Of a DNA stretch of 32,855 nt, positions 26,260-32,855 are shown piece after piece. The notes under the pieces are model-generated. The model was not told the DNA's origin and did not search any database. It worked only from the letters and a program-made list of their open reading frames with translations. Each line of letters starts with the position of its first letter. Within the stretch, counting starts at the first letter, position 1. The translations under genes and the position numbers were made by a program. The stretch comes from Myxococcales bacterium (GTDB lineage Bacteria > Myxococcota_A > UBA9042), in NCBI GenBank assembly GCA_037441385.1, contig JBBISH010000075.1, forward strand, positions 1 to 32,855. The letters are read 5' to 3'.

Positions 26260-26826
26260 ATGCGCGCGCTGGGCCTGCTCGCCGTCGCCATCGCTCTCGC
26301 GGGCTGCATGGCCACGCCGCAGTACATCGCCCCGGTGCGCTACGGCGCCCGCGCAGTGGCCGGCGGCGAAGAGGCCCGCGATCCCGACGACAGCGCGGCC
26401 CGTCTGGCGGATCCACCGCGGTCCGAGCAGCCCAACATGGCGATCTACTACGAGCTTTTGGGCAACGGCGTCTTGTCGAGCCTGAATTTCGAAGTGATCA
26501 TCGACACCAAGATCACCGCCCGCTTTGGCGCGCTGTGCCTGCCGTCAAACCAGATCGCCTGCCCGTGGGTCGCGCCCATGATGATCGGCTACTTGTACGG
26601 CGACGGCCCCAGCAAGCTAGAGCTGGGCATCGGCGCGCTGTGGGTGTGGAACCAGCCGATGCGCGGCTACACCGTGGGCCAAACCGCGACCGTGGCATGG
26701 CGCTGGCAACCCAAGCACGCGGGCATGATGTGGAAAGCGGGTTGGACGCCCATTTTGGCCATCGGCCCGGCGCAAAACGAGTCCGCGCTGCCGTGGATGG
26801 GCGTGGCGACCGGCTACACCTGGTAA
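26260..26826 (+). CDS. Hypothetical lipoprotein with an outer-membrane beta-strand-like C-terminus
   Basis: Lipobox LAG-C; amphipathic strands (IYYELLGNG..SLNFE, KLELGIG); ends PWMGVATGYTW. Confidence 0.7.
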   Translation: MRALGLLAVAIALAGCMATPQYIAPVRYGARAVAGGEEARDPDDSAARLADPPRSEQPNMAIYYELLGNGVLSSLNFEVIIDTKITARFGALCLPSNQIACPWVAPMMIGYLYGDGPSKLELGIGALWVWNQPMRGYTVGQTATVAWRWQPKHAGMMWKAGWTPILAIGPAQNESALPWMGVATGYTW

Positions 26827-26837
26827 GCCTTCGAAAT

Positions 26838-27329
26838 TTACAACTTTTTCTCTAGCGCAAGCCGCGGCGCCGGGGTGAAGCCCGACTTGGCCATAAAGCC
26901 CAGCAAATCAAAGGCCGTCCACTCCACCTCGGTGCGCAGCGTTTCGACCCGCAGCGCCCGCAGGTTCATCTCGAGCTGGGTCAACAGGGCCTTGCCCACG
27001 TGCTTGCCGGCGAATTCCGGGTGAACCCCCACAGCGTCGAGCGACGCCCACGCCTCGGGCCGGCCGAATTCGCCTTGGAAGAAGGTGACCATCATGAACC
27101 CGACCACCAGGCCATCGAACTCGGCGGCCAGCGACAAGAAGATGCTGGAGTCGCGGGCCCGGTCCAGGCGTCGGCGATAGAATTCCGGCCGGGCGACACC
27201 GGTCGCGGCCTCGTCGATGCGCGCCACCGCCTCCAAATCGGCCGGCAGCAACTGCCGCACCACCACCGCGTCGAGCTCGGTGGCGCCTGGGGGCAGGTCG
27301 ACGCTGGCATAGTCCATGGTTTTCGACAT
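26838..27329 (-). CDS. GNAT family N-acetyltransferase
   Basis: GGAG SD before ATG 27329; VVGFM, LDAVGVHPEFAGKHVGKALL (motif A), GFMAKSGF. Confidence 0.9.
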   Translation of the reverse strand: MSKTMDYASVDLPPGATELDAVVVRQLLPADLEAVARIDEAATGVARPEFYRRRLDRARDSSIFLSLAAEFDGLVVGFMMVTFFQGEFGRPEAWASLDAVGVHPEFAGKHVGKALLTQLEMNLRALRVETLRTEVEWTAFDLLGFMAKSGFTPAPRLALEKKL

Positions 27330-27400
27330 GATCGGCGCTCCGGGCGGGTGGTCCGCAACCCAAGAGTAGGCGGACGCCAAGGCAGCGTCGACGCCGCTTC

Positions 27401-27495
27401 GTCACGCGCGTGCCACGCCCGGCAGCTGGGGTCGGGACCGTGGCGATTTTGCAGCCCTCCTTGCAAATTCGCCACAGGTGTCGCAGATTGCCACA
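27401..27495. promoter_or_regulatory. Divergent promoter region: sigma54-like -24 element (TGGCACG, minus strand) and three NtrC/Fis-type dyad sites
   Basis: Minus strand TGGCACGCGCGTGAC at 27401-27415; inverted pair GTGGCGATTTTGCA (27440-27453) / TGCAAATTCGCCAC (27462-27475); TGTCGCAGATTGCCACA (27479-27495). Confidence 0.55.
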
Positions 27496-27537
27496 CAGGT
27501 CGCGTGCCGCCCTTGGGAGCGGTCATGGCCGTTCTGC

Positions 27538-29088
27538 ATGCGCATCACCACACGAATCGCCTTGGCGCTCACATTCTTGGGTCTCGGCCTGTTTGGCAGC
27601 TATGGCCTGTGGATGGTGCGCGTGGAAGAGAGCGACCTGCGCCGCGCCCTAGAGCGCGAGACCCGTCTGCTGGGCCGCGCCCTGCAGGTGGCCGCAGGCA
27701 ATAGCCTGAACACGCGGCAGATCGGCGAAGCAGAGCGGATGCTCGAACGGCTCGAGACCATCGACCCCAGCCTGAAGATCTTGGTGGTGTCGCGGTCGGG
27801 CGAGGTCCTGCTGTCGAGCAACGGCGGCAAGGTGACCGACCTGGTGCTGCGGACGGTGCGCATGGTCGACGACGCCGTGCGCGCCGGCGCTCTACCGCCG
27901 CAAGATCGGGCGCTTTTCTACGACGAACCCGCGGATCCCCGGTTCATCGTCGCCGGCCTGCCCCTTACCTCCGGCGACTTGCACCCAGAGGCGTTCTTGG
28001 TCCTGGTCCAGTCGCTGGACGAGATGCGGCGCGACCTGGCGGCGACCCAAGCCAGCATGCGCCTGAGCATCGGCCTCTTCGTCGCCGTGACGTGGCTGCT
28101 CAGCGCGGCGCTGGGATCGCTGTACCTGGGGCGCCCGTTGCGCCGGCTGGCCCAAGCGATGCGGCGGGTGCGCGCCGGCAACCTCAGCTCGGGCGTCGAG
28201 GCGCCCGACCGCGACGAGATCACCGAGGTGGCGACCGAATTCAACATGATGGTCGTGGACTTGCGGGCCGCGCGCGGGGCGCTGGAAGAGGCCGCCGACG
28301 GCCGCCGCCGCGATCAGAAAGCGCTGCAAGAGGCGGACAAGCTGGTGACCATCGGCCAGCTCTCGGCCGGCTTGGCCCACGAAATCGGCTCGCCGCTGCA
28401 GATCCTGGCCGGGCGGGCCCGCAACCTGCAGACACGCGCCGACGACGCCGACGAGGTCCGCCGACTGGCGCCGATCATGGTGCAACAGTGCGATCGCATC
28501 GCTCGCATCGTGGAGCAGTTGTTGCAGTACGCCCGCCGCAAGGTGGCGCACTCGGTCGAGGTCGACGCCCTGGCCAACGCGCGCAGCGTCGTGGATTTGC
28601 TGCAATTTGAGGCCAAGCGCCGCGGCGTCAGCCTGGAACTCGTCGCCGAGTCGAACCCGCCCACCATCGCTGCCGATGCCGATCAAATGCAACAACTGGT
28701 CATGAACTTGGTCAACAACGCCCTGCAGGCCACCCGCAGCGGCGGCCACGTGCGCGTGATCCTGGCGCGCGGCGAAGACGGCAGCGAGAACAGCTTGAAC
28801 GTCTCGGTCGTCGACGACGGCGTGGGCATTCCGGCCGAGATCCAAAGCAAGCTCTTTGACCCGTTCTTCTCAACGCGGGCGGCCGAGGGCGGCACCGGGC
28901 TGGGCCTGGCGGTCGTGCGCTCGATCGTCACGGAACACCGCGGCCACATCCACGTGGAATCTGCGGTCGGCAAGGGCACCAAAGTCACCGTCAACCTGCC
29001 GTGCCGCCCGTGGTCGCGGCAGCAGGCACCCTCCCACCCCAACGGCGAGTTCCTCCATGCGACCGAACCTGCACAACCCCGCCCATGA
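27538..29088 (+). CDS. HAMP-domain sensor histidine kinase
   Basis: Two TM helices, HAMP (PLRRLAQAMRRV..DEITEVATEFN), H-box GLAHEIGSPL, N-box NLVNNALQA, DDGVGI, FDPFFST, GTGLGL. Confidence 0.95.
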   Translation: MRITTRIALALTFLGLGLFGSYGLWMVRVEESDLRRALERETRLLGRALQVAAGNSLNTRQIGEAERMLERLETIDPSLKILVVSRSGEVLLSSNGGKVTDLVLRTVRMVDDAVRAGALPPQDRALFYDEPADPRFIVAGLPLTSGDLHPEAFLVLVQSLDEMRRDLAATQASMRLSIGLFVAVTWLLSAALGSLYLGRPLRRLAQAMRRVRAGNLSSGVEAPDRDEITEVATEFNMMVVDLRAARGALEEAADGRRRDQKALQEADKLVTIGQLSAGLAHEIGSPLQILAGRARNLQTRADDADEVRRLAPIMVQQCDRIARIVEQLLQYARRKVAHSVEVDALANARSVVDLLQFEAKRRGVSLELVAESNPPTIAADADQMQQLVMNLVNNALQATRSGGHVRVILARGEDGSENSLNVSVVDDGVGIPAEIQSKLFDPFFSTRAAEGGTGLGLAVVRSIVTEHRGHIHVESAVGKGTKVTVNLPCRPWSRQQAPSHPNGEFLHATEPAQPRP

Positions 29089-30445
29089 CAACTCGGCCCA
29101 CGAACTGCCGCTGGCGCAAGGCCGCATCCTGGTGGTCGACGACGATCCCGGCGTGGTGGACTACCTGGTCGAAATGCTCGTAGAGGCCGGCTATCCCACC
29201 CAGGGCGAGGTCTCGCCGCTCCGCGCCCTGGACCGGCTGCGCGACAACGAGGTGTTCGACCTGATCGTCTCGGACGTGGAGATGCAAGAGCTGCGCGGCG
29301 TGGATCTGCTCGACCGCATCCTGGCCGAGCACCCCAGCCAACTCGTGCTGCTGATTACGGCTTTTGGCTCCATCGACCTGGCGGTGCAGGCCGTGCGCGC
29401 CGGTGCGTGCGACTTCTTGACCAAGCCGTTCCAGATCGAGCAGCTGCTGCTGGCCGTGGAGCGCGCCCTGCGCGAGCGGGCCATGCGCAAAGAGATCGTG
29501 CGGCTGCGGTCGACGATTGCCGAAGCGACGCCCGGTGTGTTGGTGGCGCGCAGTACGGCGATGCGGCGGGCCGTGGACCTGGCGCGGCGCGCGGCCCGCA
29601 GCGATGCGAGCGTGCTCCTCACCGGCGAGACCGGCTCGGGCAAGCAGGATGTGGCCAGGTTCATTCACGAATCGGGGTCGCGCGCCGGTGCGCCGTTCGT
29701 GCCGGTCAGCTGCAGCGGTTTGCCGTCGGCCCTGCTCGAAGCCGAGCTGTTTGGGGGTGGCCGCGAGAACCGCCCAGGGCTGCTGGGCCAGGCCAAGGGC
29801 GGCACGCTGTTCCTAGACGAAGTGAGCGAACTGCCTGTGGATCTGCAGCCGCGCCTGCTGCAGGCGCTGGAGATGCACAGCCAGCCGGGCGTGCCCAAGC
29901 TCGACGTGCGGGTGATCGCCTCGTCGCGGGTGCCGCTCGAAGATGCCCTGCGCGATCAGCGCTTTCGGCCCGAACTCTATTACCACCTGAACGTGGTGCG
30001 CATCGAGATTCCGCCGCTGCGCGACCGCCCGGAAGACCTGCAGGGCTTGGTGGATCTGTGTCTGCAGCGCGCCCAACAGCGCGTAGGCCGCGCCGTCCAA
30101 GGGATTTCGACCGAAGCGCTGCGCTGGATGATGCGCTACCCCTGGCCCGGCAACGTGCGCGAGTTGACCAACCTGATCGAGCGCGCGGTGGCGATGACCG
30201 ACCACGACACGGTGGTGCTCGAGGACCTGGCGCAAGTGGCGCAGGGCAGCGACGACGCCCAGTTGCTCGACCGCGCCGCGGCGTTGGGAATGAGCCTGGA
30301 GGAAGTCGAGCACGCGTACATCCGCAAGATTCTAGAGCTTTCGCTGGGAAACAAGTCGGTCGCGGCGCGGATTTTGGGCATCGACCGCCGCACCCTCTAC
30401 CGCAAGCTGGGCGAGAGCGATGCCGGTCTGCCGGCCGGGGAGTAG
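29057..30445 (+). CDS. NtrC-family response regulator (REC-AAA+-Fis HTH) lacking the GAFTGA loop
   Basis: ILVVDDD, SDVEM, FLTKPF; Walker A GETGSGK; GGTLFLDEV; FRPELYYHLNV; WPGNVREL; NKSVAARILGIDRRTLYRKL. Confidence 0.93.
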   Translation: MRPNLHNPAHDNSAHELPLAQGRILVVDDDPGVVDYLVEMLVEAGYPTQGEVSPLRALDRLRDNEVFDLIVSDVEMQELRGVDLLDRILAEHPSQLVLLITAFGSIDLAVQAVRAGACDFLTKPFQIEQLLLAVERALRERAMRKEIVRLRSTIAEATPGVLVARSTAMRRAVDLARRAARSDASVLLTGETGSGKQDVARFIHESGSRAGAPFVPVSCSGLPSALLEAELFGGGRENRPGLLGQAKGGTLFLDEVSELPVDLQPRLLQALEMHSQPGVPKLDVRVIASSRVPLEDALRDQRFRPELYYHLNVVRIEIPPLRDRPEDLQGLVDLCLQRAQQRVGRAVQGISTEALRWMMRYPWPGNVRELTNLIERAVAMTDHDTVVLEDLAQVAQGSDDAQLLDRAAALGMSLEEVEHAYIRKILELSLGNKSVAARILGIDRRTLYRKLGESDAGLPAGE

Positions 30446-30454
30446 CCGCAGCCG

Positions 30455-31177
30455 ATGGACGATCAGCAAAAGTGTCAGAAGATCCAGCAAATTCTCGACC
30501 AGCTCTACCCTGCACCGCCGGTGCCGCTGGACCACCGCGACCCCTACACGTTGCTGGTGGCGGTGCTGCTGTCGGCCCAGTGCACGGATGTGCGGGTCAA
30601 CCAGGTGACACCGCGCCTGTTTGCGCTGGCCGACCATCCGGCCGGGATGGCCAAGCAGTCTGTTGAAACAGTTCGCGAAATCATCCTGCCGTGCGGCCTG
30701 TCGCCGCAGAAAAGCAAGGCGATCGTGCAGCTGTCGCGGCAGCTGATCGAGCACCACGATGGCCAAGTGCCGGCCGACTACGACGCGCTGGTGGCTCTGC
30801 CGGGCGTAGGCAACAAGACGGCGCAAGTCGTGATGGCGCAAGCATTTGGCCTACCGTCGTTCCCGGTCGACACACACATTCACCGGCTGGCGGCGCGCTG
30901 GGGCCTGTCCAGCGGCAAAAACGTGGAGCAGACCGAGCGCGACCTCAAGCGCCTGTTTCCGCGGGACCAATGGAACAAGCTGCATTTGCAGATGATCTAC
31001 TTTGGCCGCGAGCACTGCCCGGCACTGCGCCACGACCCAAAGACGTGTCCAATTTGTGCCTGGGCTGCCACGGAAGCAAAGAAAACGGCTACGGAAGCTG
31101 CAGGTGCCCCGAGCGGCCGCCCCACTTCTCCAGCAGGCGCACGGGGCCAATCACGGCGGCGCGGTCCACCGCCTTGA
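30455..31177 (+). CDS. nth: Endonuclease III
   Basis: LLVAVLLSAQCTDVRVN, HhH LPGVGNKTA, FPVDTHIHRL, LHLQMIYFGREHC. Confidence 0.95.
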   Translation: MDDQQKCQKIQQILDQLYPAPPVPLDHRDPYTLLVAVLLSAQCTDVRVNQVTPRLFALADHPAGMAKQSVETVREIILPCGLSPQKSKAIVQLSRQLIEHHDGQVPADYDALVALPGVGNKTAQVVMAQAFGLPSFPVDTHIHRLAARWGLSSGKNVEQTERDLKRLFPRDQWNKLHLQMIYFGREHCPALRHDPKTCPICAWAATEAKKTATEAAGAPSGRPTSPAGARGQSRRRGPPP

Positions 31178-31565
31178 TCATGTCGTACAAGGCCAACGCG
31201 GCGATGCTGGCCCCGGTCAGCGCTTCCATCTCGACGCCGGTGCGGTCAAAAGCCTCGACCAGCACTTCAAAAACGATGCGGCCGTCGTCTTGGTGCAACT
31301 CGACTTCGACCGCGACCTTGGCGATGCGCAGCGGGTGGCACAAGGGGATCAAGTCTGCAGTTTTCTTGACGCCTTGAATCGCCGCCAAGCGCGCCACCTG
31401 GATCGCATCGCCCTTGGGGCCGCTGGCGTCGCGCACCGCCACAAACGCCTGCGGCGACACGCGAATCTCGCTGCGAGCCCGCGCGCCGCGGTGGGTTTCG
31501 GGCTTGTCGGCCACGCCGACCATGTGCGCTTGCTGCCGGTCGTCCAGGTGCGTCAACTTATTCAT
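31089..31565 (-). CDS. moaC: Cyclic pyranopterin monophosphate synthase
   Basis: LTHLD...MVGV..K, KGD, KKTADLIPLCHPL, TGVEMEAL, LYDMIKAVD, KWGGRSG. Confidence 0.96.
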   Translation of the reverse strand: MNKLTHLDDRQQAHMVGVADKPETHRGARARSEIRVSPQAFVAVRDASGPKGDAIQVARLAAIQGVKKTADLIPLCHPLRIAKVAVEVELHQDDGRIVFEVLVEAFDRTGVEMEALTGASIAALALYDMIKAVDRAAVIGPVRLLEKWGGRSGHLQLP

Positions 31566-32578
31566 GGTGCTACGAATTCCGGATCCTCGGCGGCCAGATT
31601 GGCGTAGAGCTGCACCTCTTCGCGGTTGCCGATGATGAGCGGCGTCCGGGCGTGCAGGCCGTTGGGTACCACATCCATGACGCGGCGGACGCCGTCGCTG
31701 GCCATACCGCCCGCCTGCTCGACGATAAAGGCAAGCGGATGCGCCTCGTACAGAACGCGCAGCTTACCCTTGGGCGACCGCTTGTCGCCGGGATAGAAAA
31801 ACACGCCGCCTTTGAGCAAGTTGCGGTGCACGTCGGCCACCAGGGTGCCGACATAGCGCAGGCTGGTCGCCTTGTAACGCCCTTCGGCCGACGTAAGCTG
31901 GCCCAAGTAGCGGTGCGTCGACGGGAACCAATGCCGGCTGTTGCCGGCGTTCGCCGACCAATGGGTGGCCAGCTCGGGCATACGCAAGTTGCGATGGCTC
32001 AAGATGAACTCACCCACCTGCGGGTCCAGCGTAAAGCCGACCACGCCGTCCCCCGTCGTCAGCACGAACATCGTCGAACTGCCGTAGACGCAATAGCCCG
32101 CCGCCACCTGCTCCGAGCCGGCGCGCAAGAAGTCGGCCTCGCTGGCTTCGCGACCCGTCTCCGCGCGGCGGCGAATCGAGAAGATCGTACCGATGGTGAC
32201 GTTGACATCGATGTTCGAACTGCCGTCGAGCGGATCAAAACAAATCAAATACTTGCCCGTCAAACGGCCGGCGCGCGTGTGTCGGATGTGCTCGTCCTCT
32301 TCGCTGGCGATGGCGGCCACCATCGGCAGATCGTCCAGCACCGAGATGAGCAGTTCGTTGGCCAGCACGTCCAGCTTGGCCACCGCCTCGCCCTGCACGT
32401 TGGTTTCGCCAGTCTTGCCAAGGACGTCGTCCAGCAGGCCCGCACGGGCCACCTCGCGCGACACCACCTTCATGGCCAGGGCCAAGTGGCTCAGCAGCAA
32501 CGTGAAGTCGCCGGTGGCTTGCTCGTGGGCGCGCTCGCCCTGCAGGACATATCGAGAAAGGGTGATGAGTTCCGCCAT
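31562..32578 (-). CDS. fbp: Fructose-1,6-bisphosphatase class 1
   Basis: NVQGE..KLDV, ASEE, FDPLDGSSNIDVN.TIGTIFSI, RYVGTLVADVHR, GKLRVLYEA; ATGA overlap with moaC. Confidence 0.96.
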   Translation of the reverse strand: MAELITLSRYVLQGERAHEQATGDFTLLLSHLALAMKVVSREVARAGLLDDVLGKTGETNVQGEAVAKLDVLANELLISVLDDLPMVAAIASEEDEHIRHTRAGRLTGKYLICFDPLDGSSNIDVNVTIGTIFSIRRRAETGREASEADFLRAGSEQVAAGYCVYGSSTMFVLTTGDGVVGFTLDPQVGEFILSHRNLRMPELATHWSANAGNSRHWFPSTHRYLGQLTSAEGRYKATSLRYVGTLVADVHRNLLKGGVFFYPGDKRSPKGKLRVLYEAHPLAFIVEQAGGMASDGVRRVMDVVPNGLHARTPLIIGNREEVQLYANLAAEDPEFVAP

Positions 32579-32693
32579 GGCCTACCCAATCCGCCGAAAT
32601 CGGGGCGAAAACTGTGGCAGTTGGCGGGGCCCGACTCGGGGTCGCGTCTGCCTCCAGCGCGGCGAGCAGAATGCCACGCTGAAGGGAACACGG

Positions 32694-32855
32694 TCAACGG
32701 CGGCGCTGGTTCGAACTGTTGTTGCGCGACGGCGCGGGCGCAGACGGGGCCGGAGCCGACGGCGCCGGGCGGTACGACGGGGGCGCGGACGGAGCCGGGG
32801 CCGACGGGCGACTGTACACGGGCGGCGGGGCCTCGCGGGCCGGCGGCGAGTAGCG
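32694..32855 (-). CDS. 3' end of an upstream gene with a Pro/Ser/Ala-rich tail (partial)
   Basis: Manual translation RYSPPAREAPPPVYSRPSAPAPSAPPSYRPAPSAPAPSAPAPSRNNSSNQRRR*; open to the window edge. Confidence 0.55.
   Translation of the reverse strand, partial: RYSPPAREAPPPVYSRPSAPAPSAPPSYRPAPSAPAPSAPAPSRNNSSNQRRR

Noticed and set aside
25708..26830. tmRNA (ssrA) or an integrated element next to smpB
   Set aside because: No GGGG(C/G)TG...CCACCA tRNA-like ends or room for one; the flanks are coding.
27478..27537. Longer N-termini given by the ORF track (also 4639, 8262, 11373, 19418, 22885, 23839, 28856)
   Set aside because: Downstream starts have better SD spacing and/or put signal peptides or first domains at the N-terminus; several extensions run through regulatory DNA.

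Overview
High-GC bacterial chromosomal window, inferred to be Myxococcota/deltaproteobacterial from its Cys-rich lipoproteins, multiheme cytochrome and NtrC-type system. The left ~23 kb is accessory. It encodes exported proteins with eukaryote-like repeats (Ca-binding EGF array, P-domain plus fibrinogen-like, RCC1, CDDGNxCTxDxC repeats), an alpha/beta hydrolase, an MBL-fold lactonase-like lipoprotein, dinB, a kynB-kynU-kynA operon, a split CbcL-like 9-heme c / cytochrome b module and a long ICL2-type isocitrate lyase. The right ~10 kb is mostly housekeeping: EamA, a PfkB fusion protein, smpB, a lipoprotein, a GNAT, a histidine kinase with an NtrC-family regulator, nth, moaC and fbp. Two signals stand out. 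(1) A ~25-bp intergenic site, GACAC(N)-NGCAYCC-TTRTGTCATGT, recurs in alternating orientation at gene-module boundaries between 7 and 23 kb, suggesting a dif-like or invertible cassette system. (2) A PfkB kinase is fused to a Qng1/DUF2419-like glycosylase with an EndoIII-type Fe-S motif, divergent from an EamA transporter: a candidate kinase-coupled queuosine/nucleoside salvage system. No rRNA, tRNA, tmRNA, CRISPR array, transposase or recombinase gene was recognised. All family calls come from motif recognition by eye; no database searches were run.
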